64,000 nt of DNA, from the NCBI RefSeq assembly GCF_009914755.1, contig NC_060945.1. One strand, given 5' to 3'. How positions within the stretch are numbered: position 1 is the stretch's first letter; every line of letters begins with the position of its first letter. Positions 42,891 through 60,670 of the stretch are shown piece by piece. The notes below the pieces were generated by a model, which had not been told where the DNA came from, did no database searches, and saw only the letters and a list, made by a program, of their open reading frames with translations. The stretch is from the human T2T-CHM13v2.0 reference genome, Homo sapiens. Both the position numbers and the translations under genes were made by a program.

Positions 42891-45064
42891 CAGGCATCTG
42901 TGTTGGAGGTGGACTGGGTAGGAAGGACTGGTATGTGGTGAGCCAGTGATAAAGCTCTTTTGTGCAAGTCCACTTGTTGAGTGATGGTGGAGACCTGATT
43001 GGGAGCCGTCGTGGACATAATCAGGAGGCAGCAGATGGGGAAGGTATTCGGAAGGTGGATTCCATGTCAATAATGTGGGGAAGAGGAGGTTGTGATGCTG
43101 GGCCATTTCTAGCACGGACCTTTTAAGAGGAGGCTGGCGGCTTAAACGAACGGCAGGAATTTAGTAGAGGGAATAAGTTTGGAGGTCTTAACTAAGAATT
43201 CTTAGCTACTGTCAATGAATTATTGACAAATAAATGGGTATAGGTAAAATCCTATGAGTTTAGAATGTAACAGACACTCTGATTGCAAAGTGATGAGCTC
43301 CAGCTCTATGTAGCACCCAGCATGTGTTGTTTACATGAAAGTTTGACATTTTTTAATAGTAATTTCTTATCCGAGAACTCTTCATCCTGCTAATAAATGC
43401 TTGCTTCTCTATGTGCCTGAGACCTTCAGCACATGCTTTAACCAGGCCAAAATAAAGGGACCAATACGTTTCCTAATATCCTAAAGAAGACATTGGTGAT
43501 AGATATGATTTCAGAAACAGGGACATGTAGGAAAATAACTGAAAGGACTTAGATGCAGTTAGAGTGACCCTTTTCCCCTCTTAAACCTCAATATTGCTAT
43601 CTGTGCATTCTCAGCATTGTAAGGCCAACCTGTATAACATTACTTGTGTTATGTACTTGTTCTTGAGTCAATGCCAGGGGAAAATGGACCTGGGAGAGCT
43701 CGCTTTCATAGCTCCCAAGCCTGATTAACTTCTAACGTGAACCCTCTAAAGCTTCCCCTTTGAGTCATCACTGCAGAATCAAAGTCTCCCACTTTTTCCT
43801 CTTCCATCTTCCTTTTTGATGCTGGGTCATCACCAGTGCTATTTTTCTCTAAAATGCCTGCTGGCATCTTGAGCCTGGCACCACTAAACACTAGGTAAGA
43901 GGGGCAAAGGCAATTAAGATGGGTGTGGCAGAGTTTCTGCCTTTCAGGAGCCTACAATTATGTGAAGGGATGAGACAAGGACAGGAGGCTAAAATGAAAC
44001 TCTTGTCTCAGTTTTGGCTGAGGCCTCAAGTCAATAGGTGGCAAAAACAATGGTGTTCCAAAGTCAGGGTGTGGTTTCCGATGCAGGACTTGGAGGTGGT
44101 TGAAAACCAGCTTTGAGGGCCCCCAGTTGACCACCCAGCTGCAACCTATATACCACATGGAGAGGCCGGGAGAGGGGTTGGAGATTAAAGAAATGATTTC
44201 TTGGAATAGAAATAATCCTTGTGTAAAAAGTTTTGTCCCTTCATGGAGGCAGGTTGCATGCTACCTTCCTCCTTCATGTCTGTGAGCATGGGTTCAAAGA
44301 CACCTTTCAGAGAGCATATTAGGTGTCCCCAGAAACTTAGGTAACTTGGGGTACTGGAGGCTGATTTCACAGGTACAGTCTCAAGGGGCAGAGGCTGGCC
44401 AAAGTCACAGAGAAGAGAGTTATGTGCCTGCCCTTCCACTGGCCACAGGCCAAAGATACAAGTTCACTGTGGACCAGAGGTGGGTCATATGAGAGAGAAA
44501 GCCCTGCTAGGGTTATCAGATAATTCCCAGAGCAGTAGGAAGCTAGTGGTATTGCTAGATAGCCAGGGACCAAGAGAGAGCTCTTAAGTGGCCATGTCGA
44601 TGGAATGATTTTGCCTAAGTCAAGAGCAGGACAGATGAGAAATATTCCCAGTGATGGGGGACAGGAGGGAGAGCCGAGGGAAAGAATTGGTGTTCTACAT
44701 GAGCCATGGCCTGGGGAAAACCAACATCAGATGTGTGTTTACCTCTGCCCCTCCCCCTGTCTAACCGTGGAGAGGGCAGAAGGTACAGCCTGTGAGGTGA
44801 GGGAAAGAGACAAGAAGCCAACCATGATTCCCAAGGCACCAGCCAGAAAGAGGCCTAGGTTGACCCAGGGAGGGGTGTGGACTTGAAAATAGAGATTTGG
44901 TGATTCTATGGGCTAGATGTCATGAATGCATTTTTGTGAGAGTGAGTAGTAAGCCACAGGGACCACCTGTGATTTCTTCCCAGAATGGTGAAGGACTCAG
45001 TCTCACAGGGCAGGTGGAGCAGGCCCTTTCAGGGGAAAGAAAACATCATTTTCTGATTGTATCT

Positions 45065-45419
45065 TGCTATGATTTGAATGTGTCCCCATATGTTGGAAGC
45101 TTAATCTTTAATGCAATAGTGTTAGATACGTTGCCTAATGGCTGATGTTTAGGTCATGAGGGCTTCATCTTCATGAATGGATTAATGCTGATTATAAAAG
45201 GGCTCGAGTTATTCTCTCTCTGTCTTTCACCCTCTCCTTGCCTTTCTGCCATGTGATGCGTTCTGCCATGTTATGACACAGCAAGAAGGCCCTCACAAGA
45301 TGCCAGCCCCTTGATCTTGGACTTTCCAGCCGCCAGAACTGTGAGAAATAAATCTCTGCTTATTATAAATTACCCAGTCTCAGGTATTCCCTTACAGAAG
45401 CACAAAATGGACTAAGACA
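45065..45419 (+). mobile_element. MSTB-type solo LTR
   Basis: tgctatgatttgaatgtgtcccc...ggactaagaca. Confidence 0.85.
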
Positions 45420-45879
45420 CACCTAGTTAATTCCTCACATTCAAGTTCTAGTTATGTGCACAAGCAGTGATAATCTCAGGCAGAATAATGTGCATGGTCC
45501 TCATCCTCTCAATGCATACCTATCAGACATCTGCTATGTGCCAGGCACTGACTGGACTCTGGAGAACGGCAGGGAATAAAACCAGGCAAGGTATGGACCC
45601 TTCACAGAGCCGACAGTTTAGTAGAGAAGACACTAGGCCTCCTGAGACAAAGTTATAGTGTCTTTTGAGAATTTGACAGGGGAAAAATTACAGGGGGGTA
45701 GAGTGAAAAGAGGAAAGCTAAGTAGAAGAGTGATGCTTGGGGCTGGATCACACAGAAGCTGTCAGACCTGGGTGGGCAGCGATGGCTGGGGTGGGGAGGT
45801 TATTCTAGACAGAATGACTGGTGTTCCGCGCCTGGGGAAAGAGAGTGGTCAGTTTCATGAGAGCACACAGTATATAGAA

Positions 45880-46135
45880 TGAGTATGATTCCTCTTATAT
45901 GAAATAGAATAGAAGAGGCAAATCTACAGAGACAGGAAGTAGATTAGTGGTTGCCTATGGTTGAGGGGTGGGGAGAAATGGGAAGTAACCACCAATGAGT
46001 ACAGGGCTTCTTTTTGCAGTGATAATATTTTTCTAACTTCAGATTGTGGTGATGGTTGCAGTTAATATACTAAAGTCACTGAATTGTAGACTTTCAGTGA
46101 GTGAATTGCTGTGTGAATTATATCTCAAATAGGCT
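45880..46135 (+). mobile_element. L1MB/MC 3'-end fragment
   Basis: ggcaaatctacagagacaggaagtagattagtggttgcc...gtgaattatatctcaa. Confidence 0.75.
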
Positions 46136-47096
46136 GAGAAACAGGGGAAGGAGAATCTAGTCACAGCAAAATAAATGTGGAATGATACAGTCAATAGAAA
46201 ATTCAGAATTTGGCAACACCGAGCAAATATGTCATTTAGAGCTACGTGGTAGGACTCTAAGCAAATCAAGACAATGATTATGAACATGTCAGGGATGGGT
46301 TAGCTTGAGGAGGTGGGAGGGGAATATGCTAAGTGAGGGAGCAGAGGGGAATGGCTAACAAACTCGACATATTTGATGATTTACTGTGAGAGGTGGTTTT
46401 GCAGGTGTGGTCTTTAGAACAATAATTTGTACAACTCTTAGGAACACTCTTTTGAATGTATGACAGGTTTTAAAATAAAGAAAGAAAAAATGGGGAGGAC
46501 AGTCAGAAATATATATGGAGAGGGCGTGCAGAGTTCAGAGTTCCAGGCAAGACATTCGTGTTTAACGAAGGAGACAGGGAGCCAGCAAAGATACTTGAGC
46601 AGGCAGCCAAGGGGATGAGAGCAGCAGGCTAGGAAGGGATCCAGGCTCTGTATGCAACATGCATGGGGGCAGGGAGGGGCCAGTGGTGGGGAGAAGCCCT
46701 AGGAGACTGGTGATAGGATCTGGGTATCTCGTAGGGTAGCAGGGATGGGAGTGCTTTGTGGGAAGTCTGAGGACCACCGGCAGAAGGGTAAAGTTGAAGA
46801 TGAAAGATCAATTATGGCACCTTGGGCAGAGATAGGGGTTCAGGAGGAGCAGCTGGAATAAACAGAAGATGAATAGTTTAGTCTTAGACATGCAAGAAAT
46901 ATAAGAAACTGTGGGGAGATTGTAACTATAACTTGGCAAATTGTAGGTTCCCAGATAATTACGGGGCCTTTATAAATTCTTTCTGTGCTTGTTTCCTTGA
47001 GAAATCTGCTCTTTATTGGTAGTCCTATCTAGAGAACTCCATATCCCCCTCTGATCTGCAGTCCTGGCTCCCACAACTTTCCAGATAGAAGAACAA

Positions 47097-47409
<313 letters not shown>

Positions 47410-47824
47410 ATCCTGTTGCATTTTCAGGGGCTTCGCCTGGGGCCCTGGCAGTGCAGACTTGAGAGAATGCTTTCCTGTTTCCCAACTCCAAAAATTCTCC
47501 CTGAATACATTCTTCCTGAATGCTCTGGCTCCTCATTTCTTGTCTCCCTGGGAAACTAGCCTGGCTAGTGTGTGAGAAGAATTGAGGCAAAGGCCTATAG
47601 GGGAAAGAGACTCTTAGATAGGACATCAAGGATGAATGGAAGATGTCATCCATACTGGGTGGGAGGAGCAAGTGTACAGCTGCCCAAGGGAGAGACAGGA
47701 TGATTGAAGCAACAAGGCAGAATCCCAAGAGGTAGGAAAAGGCCATGTTGTTCAAGCAGTTTGGACTTGAACCTTCACCCTAAGTGTAACTGAAGCTATT
47801 GAAGGCTTTGAAGCAGGGTGGTGA

Positions 47825-48195
<371 letters not shown>

Positions 48196-48789
48196 TCATA
48201 CATTATCTCATTTAATATTTTCAGTGGTTCCATGGGGGTAGGTGTCATCCTTCTGTCCATCCATCTCATAGTTTTTAAAATTAAGGGACCACTTTGTGCC
48301 AGTCACTATATTTACGTTCATTGGACAGATGAGGAAACTGAAGAGTTCTCACTCCCAGAGGGTCAAATCAATTCCTAAAAGGCTGTAACCAGAAAGAGGC
48401 ACAGCCAGGATTCAAACCCACAAAAGCAGATTCCAGGGCTTGTCCACTGGGCCTGAGGCATGGTTCAGCCAAGCCCCCTCCCTGGGGTGGAGGTGCAGGT
48501 CCTGGGTGGATCTTAAAGGCAGCAAGGTCAGCAAGAGCCAGGGTCCTGAAGTATGAACTGATCTTGGGTAAAAAGCGGGGGTCAGTGAGGCCACTACAGG
48601 TGACATGCAGAGGATAAAAGGCACTTGGGAATGAACTTGGAAAACCTGGGCACCTGCTATTTCTCTGCTTTCTTTCTTGCTAATGGATCTCTGATTTTCT
48701 TTTTCTTGGTGGTTGGCTTGAGGGGTTGGGAGGGTGGGTAGCCATGTGTCCAGCTCCTATGAATGAATTGTGATTGCTTTTAAGCCAGT

Positions 48790-49240
48790 CATGGCTATGC
48801 CAATACCATTTGCCAGGTATTCACTTTGCCGCTGTCTCCTCTTGTAGCTAATGGGAGCCATTGCACCAAATTTCGCTCAATGAGATGAAAAGGAAGTCTG
48901 TTGAGGGCTTGTGAAAAATATTTTTGATCCCTGCCATAGAAGGCAGAAAAGAGGAGATCCTATGTTATCTGGCTGCCTCACTGTATGCCGACTTTGAATG
49001 CAGTCATGATTCTTGGAGCTGTGGCAGCCGTCTTGTGACCATGAAGCAATAATCACAAAGACAAAAAACCAACAAATTAATGGTGGAGACTGGAAAAAGC
49101 TAGACACCTAATGAGCCTGAGAAGTTGAACTAATGGCAGCAAATTTTCCTTCCAGACTTCTTAGTATGTGAAAAAGGTAAACTTCTAGGAGTTCATGTGT
49201 TTGCATTATTTCTAGCTGACCATGTGCCAGCTGGTATAAT
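48790..49240 (+). mobile_element. Old MLT1 (H/J-type) LTR
   Basis: caatgagatgaaaaggaagtctg; ggagctgtggcagccgtcttgtgaccatgaag. Confidence 0.6.
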
Positions 49241-49326
49241 AAGCACAGTGGAGATGAGGTAGGAAGGAAAGGTGAACCTATTTGGAGTGCAGGGTGATGT
49301 GTTAGGAACATTGCTTTGTTTTCTAA

Positions 49327-49625
<299 letters not shown>

Positions 49626-50156
49626 TTCTAATTGTTTTATGTGTTGCACATCTTGAAGACAGAGTCACCTTTTCTTTTCTGTTTTCCCCTTCCCACTTAT
49701 ACTCTCCTCACCTCTTCTTTTCCTCTAACCCATATTAAGCCCATATGCTCAACAATCATTTTTTTTGAATAAAGAAATTTCCCCTCTTTAATTCTCATTG
49801 TACTTCTATGAAGCTATCAAAAATATTCAAGGGCAGAGACCTAAACTTTTCCACTGTGCTCATGAGGTCATTACAGATGCTTTGCTTATTTTATTTAGCG
49901 CCTTGAAAGGAAGCTGGTAATTTAGAAACTTAGATGGTTCTTTGATGAGAAAAATACCTAAAGGAGAAAATGTCACAAAAAACTTTGGGGTGGAGAGGAG
50001 GGCAGGCATAAAAATAAAATGACAAAGACAATGGAAGAACGGGAAAGGGAGGATGAAAAGAAGTCTTTTGTATCACTGGCATTTCAGGATTTTACACCAG
50101 CAGTCTCTTCTATCAATGAAGACATATTTTTGAGGTCTCTAATTATAATGGTTTCC

Positions 50157-50493
50157 TATGGCAGACACTGTTAGTTACCCTGCAAACAGCTATCTCCCTT
50201 ATTTTACGTCAATAGAATCCCATTTTTAATTATCCTCTAGAGTGTGGCAATGTTACTCACATGAGGATGGTCCTTACAGTGGCCCCAGACCCAGTGTAGG
50301 GAATCTTATCCTTCTCCACCCAGGGATTGGTTTATGAATGGTCATGTGACAGAATTTTGGCCAATGAGATGAGAAGGGAATCCATAGGGGTCTTATGGGA
50401 AATTTTCCTTTGCTTTTCAAAGAAGGCAGCAAGCTCCTTTTTCAGCTTCTGGTGTGCATAGGTGAGGAGGTGATGCCTGGAACTATGACAGCC
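50157..50493 (+). mobile_element. MLT1 (G/H-type) LTR, left part; resumes at 56647-56730 after the L1
   Basis: ggtcatgtgacagaattttggccaatgagatg; gtgatgcctggaact..gcagcc | ..ggccatgag..aaggataagccaacacactgaag. Confidence 0.65.
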
Positions 50494-50715
50494 TTTATTT
50501 ATTTATTTATTTATTTATTATTTAAGTTCTAGGGTACATGTGCACAACATGCAGGTTTGTTACATATGTATACATGCCATGTTGGTGTGCTGCACCCATT
50601 AACTCGTCATTTACATTAGGTATATCTCCTAATGCTTTCGCTCCCCCCTCCCCCCACCCCACGACAGGCCCCAGTGTGCAATGTTCTCCTTTCTGTGTCC
50701 AAGTGTTCTCATTGT

Positions 50716-54541
<3,826 letters not shown>

Positions 54542-54604
54542 TATGATGTTAGCTGGTTATTTTGCTCGTTAGTTGATGCAGTTTCTTCCTAGCATTGGTG
54601 GTCT

Positions 54605-55617
54605 TTACAATTTGGCATGTTTTTGCAGTGGCTGATACCGGTTGTTCCTTTCCATGTTTAGTGCTTCCTTCAGGAGCTCTTGTAGGGCAGGGCTGGTGGT
54701 GACAAAATCTCAGCATTTGCTTGTCTGTAAAGGATTTTATTTCTCCTTCACTTATGAAGCTTAGTTTGGCTGGATATGAAATTCTGGGTTGAAAATTCTT
54801 TTCTTTAAGAATGTTGAATATTGGCCCCCACTCTCTTCTGGCTTGTAGAGTTTCTGCCAAGAGATCCACTGTTAGTCTGATGGGCTTCCCTTTGTGGGTA
54901 ACCTGACCTTTCTCTGGCTGCCGTTAACATTTGTTCCTTCATTTCAAATTTGGTGAATCTGACAATTATGTGTCTTGGAGTTGCTCTTCTCGAGGAGTAT
55001 CTTTGTGGCATTCTCTGTATTTCCTGAATTTGAATGTTGGCCTGCCTTGCTAGATTGGGGAAGTTCTCCTGGATAATATCCTGCAGAGTGATTTCCAACT
55101 TGGTTCCATTCTCCCCATCACTTTCAGGTACACCAATCAGATGTAGATTTGGTGTTTTCACATAGTCCCATATTTCTTGGAGGCTTTGTTCATTTCTTTT
55201 TACTCTTTTTTCTCTAAATTTCTCTTCTCGCTTCATTTCATTCATTTGATGTTCAATCACTGATACCCTTTCTTCCAGTTGATCGAATCAGCTACTGAAG
55301 CTTGTGCATTCGTCTCATAGTTCTCGTGCGATGGTTTTCAGCTCCATCAGGTCATTTAAGGACTTCTCTACACTGGTTATTCTAGTTAGCCATTCGTCTA
55401 ATCTTTTTTCAAGGTTTTTAGCTTCTTTGTGTTGGGTTTGAACTTCCTCCTTTAGCTCAGAGAAGTTTGATCATCTGAAATCTTCTTCTCTCAACTCGTC
55501 AAAGGCATTCTCCATCCAGCTTTGTTCCATTGCTGGCGAGGAGCTGTGTTCCTTTGGAGGGGGAGAGGTGCTCTGATTTTTAGAATTTTCAGCTTTTCTG
55601 CTCTGTTTTTTCCACAT
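54605..55617 (-). pseudogene. L1 ORF1, disrupted
   Basis: ATG at 55617; NEQSLQEIWDYVK and ARREWGPIF fragments in different frames; stop at 54605. Confidence 0.92.
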
Positions 55618-56192
55618 CTTTGTGGTTTTATCTACCTTTGGTCTTTGATGATGGTGATGTACAGATGGGGTTTTGGTGTAGATGTCCTTTCTGTTTTTTC
55701 GTTTTCCTTCTAACAGTCAGGACCCTCAGCTGCAGGTCTGTTGGAGTTTGCTGGAGGTCCACTCCAGATCCTGTTTGCCTGGGTATCAGCAGTGGAGGCT
55801 GCAGAACAGCGAATATTGCTGAACAGCAAATGTTGCTGCCTGATCATTCCTCTGGAAGCTTCATCTCAGAGGGGTACCTGGCTGTGTGAGGTGTCAGTCT
55901 GCCCCTACTGGGGGGTGCCTCCCAGTTAGGCTACTCGGGGGTCAGAGACCCAGTTGAGGAGGCAGTCTGTCCATTCTCAGATCTCAAACTCTGTGCTGGG
56001 ATAACCACTACTCTCTTCAAAGCTGTCAGACAGGGACATTTAAGTCTGCAGAGGTTTCTCCTGCCTTTTGTTCAGCTATGCCCTGCCCCCAGAGGTGGAG
56101 TCTACAGAGGCAGGCAGGCCTCCCTGAGCTGCGGTGGGCTCCACCCAGTTCGAGCTTCCTGGCTGCTTTGTTTACCTACTCAAGCCTCAGCA

Positions 56193-56375
56193 ATGGCAGG
56201 TGCCCCTCCTCCAGCCTCGCTGCTGCCTTGCAGTTTGATCTCAGACTGCTGTGCTAGCAATGAGCGAGGCTCCGTGGGCATGGGACCCTCTGAGCCAGGC
56301 GCAGGATATAATCTCCTAGTGTGCTGTTTGCTAAGACCATTGGAAAAGCACAGTATTAGGGTGGGAGTGACCTGA
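56193..56375 (+). pseudogene. L1 ORF0 (antisense 5'UTR ORF), truncated to 60 aa
   Basis: MAGAPPPASLLPCSLISDCCASN... matches primate L1 ORF0; premature TGA after ...RVGVT. Confidence 0.85.
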
Positions 56376-56734
56376 TTTTCCAGGTGCCATCTGCCACAGC
56401 TTCCCTTGGCTAGGAAAGGGAATTCCCTGACCCCTTGCGCTTCCCAGGTGAGGCGATGCCTCGCCCTGCTTTGGCTCACACTTGGTGCGCTGCACCCACT
56501 GTCCTGCCCCGACTGTCCAATGAGCCCCAGTGAGATGAACCCAGTACCTCAGTTGGAAATGCAGAAATCACCCGTCTTCTGCATCGCTCACGCTGGGAGC
56601 TGTAGACTGGAGCTGTTCCTATTCAGCCATCTTGGAACCCACCACCTGTGGCAGCCTTTTAGGGGCCATGAGAGATGCCCGCCCAAAAGGATAAGCCAAC
56701 ACACTGAAGCTAGTGAAAAAGAAAAACAAAAATA

Positions 56735-57518
56735 ATCTTGAACCTTAACTTAGTTTAACCTCCGTATTAACAAACTCTGGTTATATCTGTTAATACTGAT
56801 GTAAATAAATGATTAAATAAATAAATGAAGAATAAAAAAACTCCTGTGCAGAATAATCTCAAGTAATTTATATAGCTACTCTGTCCTCAAGGAGATAGAA
56901 TGTACCCCCGCACTCCCGAAGTGTGGACTACACATAATGGCTTTTTTCTGATAAGTACACTGGGTGGAGAGAAGGGTCACTGTACAGTAGAGAAGGCTGA
57001 CAAACACCGCCTCAGTTGGTGATCACAGTTAATGTCAACAGTGATAAGTCATGTTGATAGCATGTACCTCTTACATAATGTAATGAGAATGGCACTTTCT
57101 CTCTGGTCTTGTCTGATCTTTCCCAAACCCACAACTCTGTCTAATTCATGAGACAAACATCAGACGAACCCAAGTTGAAATATGTTCTAAACAAAATTTC
57201 TTGTCAGTATTCCTCAAAACTATCAAGGAAAATTTGAGAAACTGTGACAAGAGGCACCCAAGGAGAAATGGTTACTAACTGTAATGTGGCATCCTAGATG
57301 AAATCCTGGAGGAGAAATAGGACATAAGGTGAAAAGAAAGAAAATCTGAATAAAGTATGGACTTTAATGAACAATAGTGCATCAATACTGGTTCATTAAT
57401 TATGACAAATTTACCATACTAATGAAAGATGTTAATAATAGGGCAAAGTGGGCCTGGGATTTATCAGAATTTTCTGTAAATCTAAAACTATTTTAATATT
57501 AAAAGTTTATTTTAAAAA
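56735..57518 (+). mobile_element. L1MC/L1MD 3'UTR relic
   Basis: gtgataagtcatgttgatagcatgtacc; aaaatctgaataaagtatggacttt; ttttctgtaaatctaaaactatt. Confidence 0.72.
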
Positions 57519-57741
57519 TAGAGACACTGATATCAAGAATGAAAGGTCCAATTCTAACAAAAGGTCCAACTCCAGATTCTATAGACATTAAAAGGATAAT
57601 ATTAGTAACAACTTTGTGCCAATATATTTGATAACAAATGAAAAAAAATTGTTAAAAGACACAAAGCTCACTGAGGAATAAATAGGTAACTTAAAAATTC
57701 CCGTATCTCTTAAGAGCATTAATATCTAGTTAAAAATTTTC

Positions 57742-58041
57742 GCCGGGCGCAGTGGTTCACGCCTGTAATCCCAGCACTTTGGGAGGCTGAGGCGGGTGGA
57801 TCATGAGTTCAGGAGATCGAGACCATCCTGGCTAACATGGTGAAACCCCGTCTCTACTAAAAAAAAAAATACAAAAAATTAGCCGAGCGTGGCGGTGGGC
57901 ACCTGTAGTCCCAGCTACTCGGGAGGCTGAGACAGGAGAATGGCATGAACTCAGGAGGCGGAGCTTGCAGTGAGCCAAGATCGCCACTGCACTCCAGCCT
58001 GGGTGACAAAGCAAGACTCTGTCTCAAAAAAAAAAAAAAAA
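57742..58041 (+). mobile_element. AluY
   Basis: ggagatcgagaccatcctggctaac; gagcttgcagtgagcc; TSD aaaaattttc/aaaaattccc. Confidence 0.93.
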
Positions 58042-60375
58042 TTCCCACAAAGAAAACTCAAGGCCCAGTTAGTTCTATTGGGAAATTCTGCCAAACAATT
58101 AAGGGAAAAATTAAACCAATTCTACACAAAATCTTCCTAAAAATGGAAGAGAAAGGTATACTTCCGGACTGTCTTTGTTATACAATGGAATAGTATTTAG
58201 CCATAAAAAGAGTGAACTTCTGTCATTTGCAGCAGCATGGATGAAACTGGAGATCATTATGTTAACTGAATAAACCAGGCACAGAAAGACAATTATTGCA
58301 TATTCTCACTCATAAATGGGAGCTAAAAAAGTGGACCTCATGGATGTAGGTAGTAGAACGATGGTTACCAGAAGCTGGGAAGCATCAGTGGGATGGGTCA
58401 GAGGCATGCAGAGAGGTTGGTTATTGGGTACAAACATAACAGTTAGATAGGAGGAATAAGTTCTATTGTTTGATAGCACAGTAGGGTGACTACAATTAAC
58501 AATGATTTATTGTATATTTCAAAACAGCTGGAGGAGTTGAAATGCTGTCAGCACAAAGAAATGATAAATGTGTGAGGCGATGGATATCCTAATTACTCTG
58601 AGTTGATTATTATAGATGGTATGCACATATCTAAGTATCACATGTACTCTATAAATATGTACAATTATTATATATCAATTAAAAAATAGAACTACTATAT
58701 GATCCAGCAATCCTATTTCTGGATATATACCCAAAAGACATAAAAATATCAAAGAGATATCTGCACTCCCATATTCATAATTGACAAGATATGGAATCAA
58801 TTTGTGTCCACCGATGGATGAATGATAAAGGCAATGTGGATAGAATACTATTCAGCCTTAAAAAAGAAGAAACTCCTGTCATTTGTAACAATATGCATGG
58901 ACCCGGAGAACCTTATGCCAGGAAAAATAAGCCAGGCATAGAAAAACAAATGTTTCTTGATCTCACTTATACGTGGGATCTAAACATGTTGAACTCATAG
59001 AAGCAAAGAATGGAATGTGGTTGTCAGTGGCCTGGCAGGTTATGGGAGATGGGAATTGGGAGATGTTGGTCAAAGTGTCCAAGGTTCAGTTAGACAGAAT
59101 GAATAAGCTCTGCTACTATATAGTATGATGATTACAGTTAATAATAATGCATTGCATACTTGAAAATTCCTATGAGAGTGTAACTTAATGTTCTTACCAC
59201 AAAAAATAATAAGTATGTGAGGTGATGGATCTGTTAATTAGCTCAATTTAATAATTTTGCAATGTATACATATATCAAAACATCACGTTATACACCACAG
59301 ATATATACAATTTTATTTGTCAGTTGTAACTCATAAAAATAAAGATTCTAGAACGAATATATGGGTCTAGCAAGGTTGCAGGATTTAAGATTAAAAATCA
59401 TAGTATTTTTATATACTAGCAACAAACAATCAGACATTGAAACTTTAAAATACACCATTTACATTTTATCAAAAATATGAAATACTTTGAGGTAAAGATG
59501 TGAAAGACCTATTATTGAAAACTGCGTAACATTGCCAAAACAAATTAAGGAAGACCTAAGTAAATGGGGAAATATACCATGTTTACGGATTGAAAGACTC
59601 AATATTGTTAGGATGCTAATTATCTCCAAATTAATCTACAGTTTCAATGCAATTTTAATCAAAATTGCAGCAGGCTTTTGGGGGGTTGGGTAAAAATTGA
59701 TAAACTGTGTTAAAATTCACATGGAAATGCAAAGACCCCAGAACAACAACTTTGAAAAATAAGAACAAAGTTGGAGGACTTACACCACCTGACTTCAAAC
59801 TTATTATAAAGTTATAGTAACAAAGACACAGTGCAGTATTAGCACAAAGAGAGACAAATAGATAAAGGGAATACACTTGGGTCCAGAATTAGTCCTCATG
59901 TATATAGGCAAAGATTTTTGACAAAGGTACAAAGGCAGTTCAGTCAAGAAAGGATAGTCTTTTCAACAGATGATGTTGGAATAATTGAACATATACCTGC
60001 AAAAAGTTAACTTCAACCAATACCTCATAACATGTACAAAAATAACTCAAACTGGGTTATAGACCTGAATATAAAGTGTAAAATTATAAAACTTTTAGAC
60101 TAAAACGTAAGAGAAAATCTTTGTGACATTGAGTAACGTAAAAATTTGTTAGATACAAACCAAAAGTATAATCCATAAAAGAAAAAAATTGTTAAATTGG
60201 ACTGCATCAAAATTAAGAACTTTTGCTCTTCATAAGTCCCTCTAAGAGAATAAGAAAACAAACCAAAGACAGAGAAAAACTATTATTTTCCAATCACATA
60301 TCTGATAATGGACTTGTGTATGGAATATATAAATAATGCTCAAAATTCAATAATAAGAAAATAAACAATCCTAAT

Positions 60376-60670
60376 TTTTATTTTTATCTTTAAAAATTTT
60401 TTTTTGAGAAAGAGTCTAGCTCTGTTGCCCAGGCTGGAGTGCAGTGGTGTGTTTTCACTGCAACCTCCGCCTCCTGAGTTCAAGCAATTCTCCTGCCTCA
60501 GCCTTCCAAGTAGCTGGGATTACAGGCACTCGCCATCATGCCTGGTTAATTTTTGTATTTTTGTAGAGATGGGGTTTCACTATGTTGGCCAGGCTGGTCT
60601 TGAACTTCTGACCTCAGGTGATCTGCCTGCCTCAGTCTTCCAAAGTGCTGGGATTACAGGCGTGAGCCAC
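60376..60670 (-). mobile_element. AluSx
   Basis: TSD acaatcctaat/acaatcctgat. Confidence 0.9.
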
